Shown piece after piece: positions 30,236 through 43,462 of a stretch of 64,000 nucleotides of DNA. The notes below the pieces were generated by a model. That model did not search any database, was not told the DNA's origin, and worked only from the letters and a program-made list of their open reading frames with translations. The stretch spans positions 10,168,001 to 10,232,000 of the forward strand of contig OX597827.1 in the NCBI GenBank assembly GCA_951406725.2. Reading direction: 5' to 3'. The DNA is from Octopus vulgaris. Its lineage: Eukaryota. A program made the translations under genes and the position numbers. Every line of letters begins with the position of its first letter. Position 1 is the first letter of the stretch.

Positions 30236-30662
30236 AAAGAATATTACTTGTTAAGGTTATTTCTACTGATATCCTGTAGAAATTATAGCCAGCCCTGAAT
30301 TTTGTTATGACATTTTGTATACAAGAAGTCGAACGTAAATAAACAATGAGATCAAAGATGAAAAATGGGTAATGGACATATATGCATTTTTTGTTGGGGT
30401 TTGCCTCTTCATCTGCACTCATCTAAGCCTTAAATCGTTAATCATCCTCAAATACATTGCTTAAATAGCCACTATATACAGAGGTGTATGGTTATTGAAT
30501 ATACCAGTTTTACATATTAAACACAATCTTGGAAGCTGGTACATAAATACTAATGACTTGTTACCTACAAGCCATTAATGATAATAACGATAATATTGCC
30601 TAACTAGCAGATTGAAATGATTCAAGGAAATATTTGTGCTTTCAGAAACTACTTGACACCAG

Positions 30663-30926
30663 CACTGGCTCGGGAATGAAATTTGCTTAGGGGGTTCAAA
30701 CCCAGGTCCAAAAATATTTACAAACAAGGTCTTGTTTTTTTTCTGCTATTTATTTTTTTGTGTTTTGATCTTTGAAAAGGAACCTAACTTCAAGCTACTT
30801 TTTACACATCACTTTTTATTTACCATTTTCTAAACCTCAGGAAAATAAGTAGGGCTGTAAATTTTGGTTCTGCACTCCACAAAAATTCTAGTGGGTGCAC
30901 TTGCACCCCCTGTTCCTGGGCCCATG
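30663..30926. mobile_element. hAT-like MITE
   Basis: 8-bp TSD GACACCAG (30655 and 30927); imperfect TIRs CACTGGCTCGGGAA / TTCCTGGGCCCATG. Confidence 0.65.
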
Positions 30927-31207
30927 GACACCAGTTATCTCAATACCAATCTATCACAGTGATCAGCTTTTGGGTAACAGGCCTAGATTCTGCCTGGTTA
31001 TCATACCATGACTTGTTTGTTTAGTAGAGTTCACTTTGTAGCAAGCGTTTGGATTAAATTGCTGGTGTCTCTAACCAACTGCAATATGTTGAGTTTGGGC
31101 ATCAGCTGAATTAGTATCTTCAGCTTGGAAAGGCCTGCTGTGAAGGTCATGACCAAACTTTCTTCATCACTAACTAATAAAAATATCATTCTTTTTTCTA
31201 TAGGTAC

Positions 31208-31460
31208 GTGGAGGTGCGTGGCTTAGTGGTTAGGGTGGCAGCACCATGATCGTAAGATTGTGGTTTCGATTCCTAGACCAGGCGACACATTGTGTTCTTG
31301 AGCAAAACACTTCATTTCACATTGCTCCAGTCCACTTAGCTGGCAAAAATGAGTAACGCTGCAATGGACTGGTGTCCCATCCAGCCAGGGAACGCATACG
31401 CCATACAAACCAGGAAACCAGGTCCATGAGCCTGGCTAGGCTTTAAAAGGACGCATTATT
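31208..31460 (+). mobile_element. SINE family F (tRNA head, CORE-like domain)
   Basis: TGGCTTAGTGG and GTTTCGATTCC boxes, then GTGTTCTTGAGCAAAACACTT. Confidence 0.7.
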
Positions 31461-31469
31461 ATATTATTT

Positions 31470-31665
31470 TCTATAGGCACAAGCTTTGCAATTTTAGGGT
31501 AGGGTTAGTCGATTATATCAACCCTTGTGTGTAATTGGTACTTATTTTATGGACCCCAAAAGCTGAGTCGACCTTGGTGGAATTTGAACTTAGAATGTGA
31601 AGATAGATGAGATGCCGTTAAGCATTTTGTCAAGCACAGTAACAATTCTGCCAGTTCATCACCTT
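31470..31665 (-). mobile_element. SINE family C (older)
   Basis: Colinear with 32412-32627. Confidence 0.7.
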
Positions 31666-31964
31666 AATTGAAAATATAATGATGTAGATTACTGATACTT
31701 GTCATTTAGATTTTTAAAATTACAAAATGTTAAATCAACATAAAAATTGAATCAGAATTTAAAAATTTTGATGAAATATGGCTTTACCATCAAATTATTC
31801 TTCAAATAATTTTGAAAGTTATGGCTACATAAGTCCAATTACAATAGCACTTCTAGAGTGAAAATTCATTTAAAAGGACCAGTCCTAAGCTCTTGGCTTG
31901 TTCCAGGTTTTTCAAAGCTGATGAGAAATAAGCCTCTCCCTCTTCTGTTAAATAATATCTTGAA

Positions 31965-32210
31965 TTGCCAGTGGCACGTAAAAAGCACTAACCGATCATA
32001 GTCATTGCCAGCCTTGCCTAGCACCTGTGCCGGTGGCACGTAGAAATCACCCACTACACTCACGGAGTGGTTGGCGTTAGGAAGGGCATCCAGCTGTAGA
32101 AACATTGCCAGATCAGACTGGGCCTGGTGCAGCCTTCTGGCTTCCCAGATCCCGGTCGAACCGTCCAACCCATGCTAGCATGGAAAACGGACGTTAAACG
32201 ATGATGATGA
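31965..32210 (+). mobile_element. Family D element
   Basis: Matches other copies. Confidence 0.8.
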
Positions 32211-32411
32211 TTCCTAATAAATAAACTTAGAATCATAGAACTAACTACATTGCTTGAACACACAAAAGAAGCCAATAAGGGAGCCTTTATGCGGTTATTT
32301 GAGTGGCTAGAAATAGCAATAAAATCTACCTGAAATGACACCTTGCTTGCTTAAAAAAGACAGGGCATGTTAAATAATGTAGTCCTTTGAAAATGACAGA
32401 AGTTAAATAAT

Positions 32412-32627
32412 CCTTTCTACTATAGGCACAAGGCCTGAAATTTTGTGGGGAGGGGGCCAGTCAATTAGATCGACCCCAGTACACAACTGGTAATTAATTT
32501 ATCGACCCTGAAAGGATGAAAGGCAAAGTCAACCTCAGCGGAATTTGAACTCAGACCGTAAAGATAGATGAAATACTGCTAAGCATTTTGCCCAGCATGC
32601 TAACAGTTCTGCCAGCTCACCGCCTTC
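32412..32627 (-). mobile_element. SINE family C (GCCTTTCATCCTTTCGGGGTCGATAAA central domain)
   Basis: 16-bp TSD ACAGAAGTTAAATAAT (32396 and 32628). Confidence 0.85.
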
Positions 32628-34618
32628 ACAGAAGTTAAATAATGTAAGGATGAGGTGATCATAGCTGGAATTACTATGACCAGTTTGTCATTTTGATCAG
32701 GGTTGACCCGTGACTTAACTCTAAAATATTTGCAGCAAATCCCACCTCAAGACCTATGAATTGTACAGCCCAGTAATTCTTGCATTTGGAACTATAAGTG
32801 CTGGCTATTTACCAATTTGGGGGTTGCCATTTTCATGGTTAAATTTCTTGAAATAGCAGTAGAAAAGAAATTATATATATATTTATTTGTTTACATTAAT
32901 TAGAATCAAATTTTACGCTGGGTATAATTATATTTTCCATTTGATATTTATTCTGTAATAATGTCTTTTCATATGTATGAAAGATAATAATCACTGGTTA
33001 TTCTATGAAGTTTGAACATTTCACAACAAATTCCAGAAAATATTTTTATGAAAAACATTTTATTGTCAAAATATAATTAACATGAATTTCTACACTTATT
33101 CAATTGGTTGGCTAAGATTCCATCCTAATCCTATTCAAAAGATGTTTTTCAATTACGGGTTTTCGGGTTAATGGGAAAAGAAAGCTACTCTCTACATAAA
33201 TAGCTTCTCAGATATCTTATTTTCCTTGTACCTGCTTAATTCTCAGCTTGAAATTTAAAAGAATATTTCTGAAATTCTGTATCTACCAATCAACAACATT
33301 CTTCATTGAGCTATAACTTCCTTAATATTTCTATCCAAAATGGATGAAAATCAATATTCTAAAGTCATAGAATTATTTAGATATTTGAATACATTCTATC
33401 ATTTCATTGAAACTATTTTCAATTCCTATATAAGACTTTGATTTAAAAAAAAAAAAAATAATAATAAAAAGTACACATCAACATCAATTACAATAACATC
33501 AAAAACAACCACAATCACAATAATAGCAACGAATGAACCATTTCTTTTTTTTTTTTTTTTTTGCAACTTTCTATATTTCCATAATATTATTGCTTAACTA
33601 ATTTCTTTTCAAAACTGTTTTCTATGTTCATCAGGAGAATTTGAGGAGTTTTAACACATAAACACTACAACAAATAAGCAACATAACTTCATGCAAAATT
33701 TCAGCCGTTTGTCATCAATCTTTCAAAATTCACAAAATTATTCAAATTGTAAGAATATATTCCCTTGAAATTTACCTGTTGTTAACTAAAAGGTTAAAAG
33801 GTAAAATGTAGCAAAATCACGAGTTATTTTCATATTTCACTTATGCAGTTGCTTTATATAACTCATATCCTCTCTTTTCATTTTTTTAATTAAATAATTA
33901 ATTACATTTTTACTGTTTATTAATATATCTATCCCATTTTTCTTTTTCTTTTTTGGTCCTGACAATTGGAACTAGCAATTGCAGTAACAGACATTATGTA
34001 TTTCATAAACTTCAGTGATGAATAAATTCGAATTAATTGTAAGAAGCAAAAACAAATACTGGTTAAATATATTTCAGTAGCCTCCACATTAAAACTTGCT
34101 TCATACATAGTTTGGCAGAAAAACAAAATATATCCTGTTTACTAGTTCTTATAGTTTAAATTTCCAAGTTTGAGAAAAATTGGAAAATTACAGTTTATTT
34201 AATCAAATTGTTTTCTGTTTTTCATTTCACTGCAGGTTTTTTTCTAAATGCTTAATTAAAATTTTGTAAAATATTTTTATCATATAATGTAGTGATGTCT
34301 TCTGTTTGCTATGACAGATTTGAAAGATAGTCATGTACTTTTGATTTTCATTTTTTTTATGCAAAAACTTTCATAAGAATCATCTTAATCACAGAAAGTA
34401 TATTTTCATTTCAACCATAAAAAAAATAATGCCCCATGGTTAAGATAGTGTCAATTTTCATGTTTAAAACCTCCATAATTATTTTACATCAATAATCTTA
34501 AGTAAAAAAAAAAAAATGAAAAATAATAATATGAAATTGTAAATATGTAATTGTTTTCAAACAAGATATATTTCTGAATAAATTGAATTAAAGATAGAGA
34601 AAATAAACAATATTTTAC

Positions 34619-37027
34619 CTGTTGTGTCATCTCTGACGTATCTTGACAAGGTATTCCAAGTGGAGCTTCTAATCTATTATGATTTGTCTCATATCTTGAT
34701 GGCAACTCTTCACTTGGGCGTATTGGCATATGACTCCTGCTCTTGCCTACGTCTACTATAGCAATCGAGGGATCCGATTGAGGAGTTAACTTTTCACAAA
34801 AATATTTTAGCTGATTTGATTCATTCAAAATTTTATTTGAAGGGTCAATTTCTGCACAGAATTCTGTATGTCTTTCATTGTTCCTTCGTAAAATACAAAT
34901 TGTAATTGATATCACCATAACAACTGACACAGTAACTGCAGCAAGGACAATAATGATCACTAAATTGATATGTATGCGATCTGTTGGTTCTGTATCGAGT
35001 GCAGTTAGCATAGTAGCTGTTTTATTACTGACAGACAATGTCAAAGACAGAGTAGTGGTGGCTGACAAAACTGGAGTACCACTGTCCCTGACAACAAACA
35101 CAATATTATAGGCTCCTGCATCTCTTTGGAAGATCACACGTGAGAATGAAACAGCTCCAGTATAAGTATTAATTGTAAATAGCTGTCTGTCATTACCTTC
35201 TAATATTCCATATCGAAGAAAAGCATTTTCTTGATTGTCTTTATCAGAGGCTCGCAAAACTGTAATATTGTTTTTATTCCGTGGATGGTAGTGGACATCA
35301 AGGCGGAATGGATTAACTTGAGGGAAAATAAAATACGGAGCATTATCATTTTCGTCCATTACTTCCACCATGATATTTGCAGTGTTGTTTAATGATGGTG
35401 TTCCATTGTCTTTGACTAAAACTTTAAATCTATAGACACTTTGAAGTTCACGATCTAATGTCTGAGTAGTTGAAATAAAACCAAAATCTGTTATTGAAAA
35501 TGGAAGTTTATTTTTATTATTAGCAAATAAAGAATATGATAATTGACCACCAGAGTCAAGATCAGGGTCAGTAGCATTGATTAAACCAACAGGAAAGTTT
35601 GGCTTCTCATTCTCATAAATCAAAAATCTAAATGTATCTTTAGAAAACTGAGGCTTTACATCATTAATATCCATCACTTGGATAGAGACATTTGTCTTAG
35701 TCTGTAATGGTGGTAAACCTCTGTCTTGACATGTAATTGTTATGTCAATTTGTCTCTCAGTTTCTCTATCAACCAGGCTTTTTATTGTTAATTTATATTT
35801 CTTTCCACCAAGACTTTGAAGCCTGAATTTATCATGATGTAGTTCACAGCTGACCTCTCCATTAGGGCCAATGTCATTATCTGTAACTTTCACAAATGCA
35901 ACAAAGCTACCAATCTCTGTTTCTTCTGAAATAGCTGCTGCATTTTTTGATGATGCAGACACAAAGCTTACATCTATTTTAGGTGCTATGTTCATCTGGT
36001 CATTTATTGTTAATACAACCATTGTAGTTGAACTTAAAGGTGGTATCCCTTCATCTTTGGCTTCAATGAACAATTTATATGTCTGTTTTTTAACTGGAGT
36101 GAAGCTGTCGTGTAAAAATAATTCCCCAGTGTGTTTATTTAATTCAAAAGGAATATTAGAAGTATCCGAAGATTTTGAACTAAATGTATACAATATTCGG
36201 CCGTTTTTGCCTGCATCTAAGTCTTTTGCAGATACAACCACAACTGGGATGTTTTTCTGGTGAGAACTTTTAATTGAAACATTATAGATATCTTGATTGA
36301 ACACAGGTGAATTGTCATTGACATCTGTGACAAATATTTTAACATTTAAAACACTCTGTTTTGTTGGGGTTCCCCCATCTTTAGCAATAACTTGAACATG
36401 GTATGTGTCTTTAACTTCTCGATTAAGTTTCTCTTCCAAAATGATTCCAAGTTTTGCCGTGCCATCAACTTTTTTTGATTCTGACAACATAAATGGTTCA
36501 TTTGAATGCTTTTTCAGTTGATAGGTAATTTGGGAATTTAGAACACCAACGTCTTCATCAATGGCATTTGGTATTGAGATACTAGAACCTTTACTGTCTC
36601 TCTCAGAAAATTCTATGTCAACTTGTTTTACTGAAAATACTGGGGTATGATCATTGACATCTTGTATAATCACTCTTATCTCCAAGATCTTGAGAAATGT
36701 CTTCTTCTTTTGTACAGCAACATCTAATGTTTTGTAACACTCAGTGTTATATTTGCAGAGGCTCTCTGCATCCAATGTTCTAGCAGTGAAAAGTTTACCA
36801 TTCCGAGATATATTGAATAACTGGAGGTCACTTGCTGTATCATGTTGAAGAAGGCTAAACCAAGTTGAACTAATGTCTGTGGCAGGAACACTGTCCATTA
36901 GTTGCATATTCATAGAAACATCCCCAATGAACGTATTTGGTCTTCTGCCCTCTTTTACATAGAATGTAAAGTCTACACACTTCGAGGTGTGTAAAAGTGC
37001 AAAAAACACACAAATCTGTGCAAACAT
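34619..37027 (-). CDS. Protocadherin (cephalopod-type), large coding exon: signal peptide, 6 cadherin repeats, TM, proximal cytoplasmic region
   Basis: 872-aa ORF 34484-37102. Likely start is MFAQICVFFALLHTSKC (ATG 37027, signal-peptide-like). Cadherin motifs LDAE, DVNDHTP, LNRE, DVNDNSP, DRE, DINDVKP, LDRE, DENDNAP; EC1 Cys-X5-Cys (CKYNTEC); TM INLVIIIVLAAVTVSVVMVISITICIL. Donor CAG|GTAAAA at 34619/34618 (phase 0), after which the ORF becomes intron-like. Candidate acceptor: T-tract then AAG| at 37066/37065. Confidence 0.95.
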
Positions 37028-37618
37028 TTTTCTCTTGTCGATGTTTCTCAGAATAATTATGAATCCTTTGAATGAAAAATAAAAAAAAAGAAATATATAC
37101 ATTTATACATACATACATACGTACATACACATACATATCTACATGTTTACACACACACATATGTATATGTTTACAGGCATACAAACATGCAAAAGTATGA
37201 ACAAATGGATAATGTTAAATAAAGAGAAAAAAAGTATTTTGTGAATCATCTTATTTTACATAGAGACATCAGAACATCAATAAATATAATGCACAAATTG
37301 TATTGAAAGTATTTAAGAGCATTAATGATAATAAATCATAGTTTCAAAAAATGCTATTGAATTACATTAAAACATTATGCCGAAGGGAATTAATTAAATA
37401 TAAAACATGACAGAATTGATTTCTGTTTAAAAATCAATAGATACAATAAATAAATAAATAAATAAATAGCTGAGATGTTATGAATGGACACATCATTGTC
37501 TTAAGACTAGATAAATAACAGCTTTGAATATATATTTATAACAGTTTGGATAGATTTATAAGGTTTGCAAATAACAATAACTTGTGAATAATATTACAAC
37601 TGCACACCCGTCAAAGTT

Positions 37619-37831
37619 ACTCTTTTACTCTTTTACTTGTTTCAGTCATTTGACTGCGGCCATGCTGGAGCACCGCCTTTAGTCGAGCAACTCGACCCTG
37701 GGACTTATTCTTTTGTAAGCCCAGTACTTATTCTATCCGTCTCTTTTTCTCGAACCGCTAAGTGATGGGGACGTAAACACACCAGCATCGGTTGTCAAGC
37801 AATGCTAGGGAGACAAACACAGACACACAAG

Positions 37832-37883
<52 letters not shown>

Positions 37884-38039
37884 TACGACAGGCTTCTTTC
37901 AGTTTCCGTCTACCAAATCCACTCACAAGGCATTGGTCGGCCCCGGGGCTATAGCAGAAGACACTTGCCCAAGATGCCATGCAGTGGGACTGAACCCGGA
38001 ACCATGTGGTTGGTTAGCAAGCTACTTACCACACAGCCA
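37619..38039 (-). mobile_element. SINE family A
   Basis: Match lacking the first ~12 nt; short AAGTTA flanking repeat. Confidence 0.85.
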
Positions 38040-38208
38040 AGTTAAGTTATTTTCAAATAAAACTATACAGGAAAAATTAGTCAAAGAAATGACTGTAAAA
38101 ATAAAATGTATGCCTTAGGCTTACAGCCTCATGGGTATAGCACTTATCTGGATTTTCAAGGTATTTTAGGCTGAGAGTACAAGTCTACCTATGTCCGGAT
38201 GAGATACT

Positions 38209-38508
38209 CATCATCATTATCATCATTGTTCGACCGTGGTCAAGACAATGGAATTTACCATGCTACGCCAGACTTCATGGACCATCATGGCATTACAGAG
38301 GTTCTGTTGCTGGATGCCTGTATCCCTGGAGATTATATCAGGGTAGGAGAGTGTGCACCCTCTGGTATTGCGAGTAGATGGCTTCCAGAGGAGAAGAGTA
38401 GAAATTACCTCTTTTTCAGCTCTACAACAATGTCCAGCAAACTGGACTCTCCTACCTTTCACAAGAGATGACACAGGTGGTAGTTTCCCATATACTTGCA
38501 TTTTGGTT
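38209..38508 (-). mobile_element. 5'-truncated RTE-group LINE with TSD
   Basis: ORF YGKLPPVSSLVKGRRVQFAGHCCRA...LLLWKP...WRSMV; (ATG)n tail; 12-bp TSD GGATGAGATACT at 38197 and 38509. Confidence 0.8.
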
Positions 38509-38900
38509 GGATGAGATACTAGTCCTTCACAGGGTTGACCCCTAACTCATACTGATATTAATTTTCAGCTGAGTGTAATATACTTAATAAAAGCATGTAC
38601 CCCCTCTTTAGTAAGACACCTGTTCCTGCACCCTTTATCATACTTTCATTCCCTTCAGTATTATACCTTATTCAGCTGTGAGGGTCTTGTCATGTGAATA
38701 CTTGGTGGCCTTGCTCGTGTTGGTGCCATGAAAAAAAAAGCACCCAGTGTTCTCTGTAAAATTGCTGGCATTAAGAAGAGCTTACAGCTGTAGAAATGGT
38801 GCCAAAGCAAACATTGGAGCTCATCACAGTCTTCTGGTTCAACAGACCCTGTCAGTCAAGCTGTCCAGCGCATGCCAGCATAAGAACATGGACCATATAT

Positions 38901-39298
38901 AATGATGATTATGATTGTTATCATGATGACCATGATGATAATGAGTATGATGGTGATGACAATGAGTATGATGATGATGATGACGACAATGATGATAATG
39001 ATGATTGTTATCATGATGACCTTGATGAGACTGATGATGATAATAACAATGACAATGATGTTGATGATGATGATGATGATGATGATGACGACGACGATGA
39101 CAACGACGATGATGATGATGATTGTTATCATGATGACTTTGATGAGAATGATGATGATAATAACGATGACGACGACGATGATGATGATGATGATGACAAC
39201 GACGATGATGATGATGATTGTTATCATGATGACCATGATGATAATGAGGATGATGATAATGATGTCGACGATGACGATGATGATGATGTTGTTGTTGT

Positions 39299-39331
<33 letters not shown>

Positions 39332-39350
39332 GGAGGAGGAGGAGGAGGAG
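38901..39350. repeat. Compound (GAT)n repeat with higher-order units
   Basis: GATTGTTATCATGATGAC recurs four times within the GAT/GAC runs; extends from the tail of an old D element. Confidence 0.85.
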
Positions 39351-39737
39351 GTACTTAAGCAACAAGAAATGAAGTGCTTTGCTCATGGACACAACATGCC
39401 ATCTAATTTAAAAATCAAACACACAGCCTAACACTCATGAATATAATGCTCTAACCATCTGGCCATGCTCTTTTATAGATGACAGCTTTGGTAATTATAG
39501 ATCATAATAATGGTTTGAGTAAGGCAAATCGATAATCCTTGCATTAGTCTGTCATTTAATAATTTTTATATTTTAAGTTTTTTCGATATTGATTACTTAC
39601 AACGGTACAAGGCCTGAAATTTTATAAAGAAGGGAACTAAAGACAAGCTATTATCTCTTATCTTTTATCTTTACTTGTATCACTCAATTGACTGCAGCCA
39701 TACTGGGGCACCACCTTGAACAGATTTTTATTAAATA

Positions 39738-39900
39738 GGTGTAAGAGTGGCTGTGTGGTAAGTAGCTTGCTTATCAACCACATGGTTCCAGGTTCAGTCC
39801 CACTGCTTGGCAACTTGGGCAAGTGTCTTATACTATAGCCTTGGGCCAACCAAAGCCTTGTGTGTGGATTTAGTAGGTGGAAACTGAAAGAAGCCTGTCG

Positions 39901-39947
<47 letters not shown>

Positions 39948-40165
39948 CTTTATACGTTTGTGTGTCTGTGTTTGTCCCCCACACAACATCACTTGACAAC
40001 TGATACTGGTGTGTTTATGTCCCTGTAACTTAGCGGTTCGGCAAAATAGACCGATAGAATAAGTACTAGGCATACAAAGAATAAGTCCTGGGGTCAATTT
40101 GCTCGACTAAAGGAGGTGCTCCAGCATGGCCACAGTCAAATGAATGAAACAAGTAAAAGAGTAAA
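39738..40165 (+). mobile_element. SINE family A (older)
   Basis: Diverged full-length match. Confidence 0.8.
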
Positions 40166-40537
40166 TGAACCAACCCTAGTCATCATCATCATTTAGCATC
40201 CATTGTCCATGCTGGCATGGGTTAGACGGTTTGACTGGAGCTCGTAAGATGGAGAGCTGCACCAGGTTCCAGTCCGTTTTGACTTGGTTTCTAAGGCTGG
40301 ATGCCCTTCATAATGCAAACCACTCCACAGAGTGTACTGGGTGTCTTTTATGTGTCACTAGTATGGGTGCTTTTTACATGTCCCCAGCACAGGTGCCTTT
40401 CATGTTTTACTGGCATGGGTGCCTTCTGCGTGTCACTGGCATGGGTGCCTTAAGCCTGATACTTATTCTAATCACTAAATTACAGAAATGTAAACAAACC
40501 AGCATCAGTTGTCAAGAGGTGGTTGGGTATAAACATA

Positions 40538-40574
<37 letters not shown>

Positions 40575-41128
40575 ACACACACACATGATGGGATTTTTTC
40601 AGTTTCCATTTACCAAATCCATTCACAAAGCTTTCGTCAGCCCAAGATGCCACACAGTGGGATTGAACCCAGAACCATGTGGTTGGAAAGCAAACTTCTT
40701 ACCACAAAACCACGCCAGCACCTATGTTAACATTTTATATATCTTTACTTGTTTTAGCCATTGGACTGTGGCCATGGTGAGGCACCACCTTGGAGAGTAT
40801 TTGTCAAAATCATTAATCTCAGTATCCTTTGCCTAAACACAAAATTACAGGGACATGAACAAACAAATATTGGTTGTCAAATAGTGGTGGGGACAACAAA
40901 CATACATGCATATGTACAACAGACTTTCACAGAGTTTCTGTCTATCATAGCCAATTGCAAGACATTGGTTGATCCAGGACTATAGCAGAAGACACTTACC
41001 CAAGGTGTCACACACTGTATCCGTACTTAGTTAATTGACCTTGGAATAATGAAAGGCAAAGCCAGCTGCCATTATTATTTAACCCAGAAATGTTGAAGGA
41101 TGTGATTAACCCTCTTAGGCCTGGATTT

Positions 41129-41872
41129 CATCATCATCATCATCGTCATCGTTTAACGTCCGCTTTCCATGCTAGTATGGGTTGGACGGTTTGACTGAGG
41201 GCTGGCAAACCAGATGGCTACACCAGGCTCCAGTCTCGATCTGGCAGAGTTTAGTAAGACACCTGTTTCTGCACCCTTTATCATACTTTCATTCCCTTCA
41301 GTATTATACATTACTCAGCTGTGAGGGTCTTGTCATGTGAATACTTGCTGGCCTCACTCGTGTTGGTACCATGAAGAAAAAAAGTTGGATGCCCTTCCTA
41401 ACGCCAACCACTCCAAGAGTGTAGTGGGTGCTTTTACATGCCACCGGCATGGGGGCCAGTTGGGCGGTACTGGCAACGACCTCACTCGAATTTTTTGCAC
41501 ATGCCATGCCAATGGCACAGGTGCCAGTAAGGTGATGCTGGTAATGATCCCGCTTGAATGGTGCCTCCTACATGCCACCGGCATGGAAGCCAGTTAGCCA
41601 CTCTGGCAACGATCACACTCGGATGGTGCTCTTAGCACCCTACTAGCATGGCGCACAAGTGCCAGTAAGGCAAAGCTGGCAACGATCCCGCTCGAATGGT
41701 GCCTCCTACATGCCACAGGCACGGAAACCAGTTAGCCGCTCTGGCAGCGATCATGCTTGGATGGTGCTCTTAGCACCCTACTAGCATGGGGCACAGGTGC
41801 CAGTAAGGCGAAGCTGGCAACGATCACACTCGAATGGTGCCATTTACATGCTACTGGCACGGATAAGTTGTT
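41129..41872 (-). mobile_element. Long family D element with a 138-bp tandem array and a foreign 135-bp insert
   Basis: ACA(G/A)GTGCCAGTAAGG at 41517, 41655 and 41793; insert at 41250-41384. Confidence 0.75.
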
Positions 41873-42108
41873 GCCTATGCAGCTCAAGAGTAATGGTTGC
41901 AGGCAAACTAATAGACACAATAGGGCTTTCTCTCAACTACTGTATTTGTTCCCCTGAATTACTACTTTCCTCATTTCTTCAACAGTTTGATTTTCTGCAT
42001 CACTCTCATTGCCTGTGAGAGTGTGAGGGTAAACACTTTGTATGAAGAATAAATATCATTAATAATTGGCATGTAAATATCATTACTATCATTAATATCA
42101 TTAATAAT

Positions 42109-42418
42109 TGGCACGTAAAAAGCACCATCTGTTTGTGGCCATTGCCAGACTCGCCTGGCCCCCGTGCCGGTGGCACGTAAAAAGCACCATCCGTCCGTGG
42201 CCATTTGCCAGCTCCGTCTGGCACCTGTGCGGGTGGCACGTAAAAAGCACCCACTACACTCACGGAGTGGTTGGCGTTAGGAAGGGCATCCAGCCGTAGA
42301 AACACAGCCAGATCAGACTGGGCCTGATGCAGCCTTCTGGCTTCCCAGACCCCAGTTGAACCGTCCAACCCATGCTAGCATGGAAAGCAGACGCTAAACG
42401 ATGATGGTGATGATGATG
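42109..42418 (+). mobile_element. Family D element
   Basis: Three TGGCACGTAAAAAGCACC units, body and tail; inverted relative to 41129-41872. Confidence 0.8.
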
Positions 42419-42949
42419 AATTTCCTGAACTGCAAAGTGTCTGGACCTTGCTAATTTACCAGATGAAGTGCTGGGTTTGTTACATACTTGTTTCATTGCA
42501 AAAACAGCCCCTTTTTTTCCAATTAAAAACAAAAGTAAACAACAGCTATGGAAGACATCATTAACAATGAATCATAAACACACTTGATTACAAAGCTGCA
42601 ATGTGATGATTTGTCTATTTTTTGTGTTTTATCTTCTTTTTCTACTTGTGTTGTTCTTTACTACTTTAATGGGAATCTGGTAGAGATTACATTTAGGATG
42701 TTCCCATTATACCAGGAACATGGCAAACTAGGGTTAAACATCCATAGTCATCACATGCAAGTAGGTTTGATTTAGTATGATGTACCACAATTTTGCTAAT
42801 TATTCCTTCTTCCACTCTTCTCAGCAGAATTTCTAGTATGTGGCTGCTGGGCAGAGCAAGGGCCGCACCAGCACTTAGCTAACTATCATTTCAGGGATGC
42901 AGACTGGAACAACATGAACTGAAGTACCTTGCTGAAGGACATTATGCAC

Positions 42950-43032
42950 AGCACGATGGCCGAGTGGTTAAGGAGTTGAACTTAAGTTCCAATGGACAAG
43001 TGTCTACATGGTTTCGAGCCCCACTCATGCTA
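42950..43032 (+). tRNA. tRNA-Leu(TAA), probably a pseudogene
   Basis: AGCACGATGGCCGAGTGGTTAAGG...CTTAAG...long variable arm...GTTTCGAGCCCCACTCATGCTA closely follows the eukaryotic Leu-TAA pattern. Anticodon TAA at 42983-42985; T-run follows. Mismatches in the acceptor, anticodon and T stems. Confidence 0.75.
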
Positions 43033-43044
43033 GTTTCTTTTTTA

Positions 43045-43462
43045 GGCACAGGAGTGGCTGTGTGGTAAGTAGCTTGCTAACCAACCACATGGTTCCGGGT
43101 TCAGTCCCACTGTGTGGCATCTTGGGCAAGTGTCTTCTACTATAGCCCCGGGCCGACCCATGCCTTGTGAGTGGATTTGGTAGACGGAAACTGAAAGAAG
43201 CCTGTCGTATATGTGTATATATATGTGTGTATGTGTGTGTATGTGTTGCGTGTCTGTGTTTGTCTCCCTAGCATTGCTTGACAACCGACGCTGGTGTGAT
43301 TACATCCCCGTCACTTAGCGGTTCGGCAAAAGAGACCGATAGAATAAGTACTGGGCTTACAAAGAATAAGTCCCGGGGTCGATTTGCTCGACTAAAGGCG
43401 GTGCTCCAGCATGGCCGCAGTCAAATGACTGAAACAAGTAAAAGAGTAAAAGAGTAAAAGAG
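43045..43462 (+). mobile_element. SINE family A, directly after tRNA-Leu
   Basis: Full-length match. Confidence 0.85.

Noticed and set aside
34484-34618. 3' end of the 872-aa ORF as a true C-terminus
   Set aside because: Lies past a consensus donor and is AT-rich with intron-like composition. The first 25 codons (37028-37102) likewise span an acceptor tract.
38796-39431. 211-aa Asp-rich ORF resembling an acidic biomineralisation protein
   Set aside because: It is an expanded (GAT)n tail between two SINE remnants; no signal peptide, and several frames are open.
41420-42250. Repeat-spacer-like TGGCACGTAAAAAGCACC units as a CRISPR array
   Set aside because: Spacers are homologous to each other, the context is eukaryotic, and no cas genes are present.
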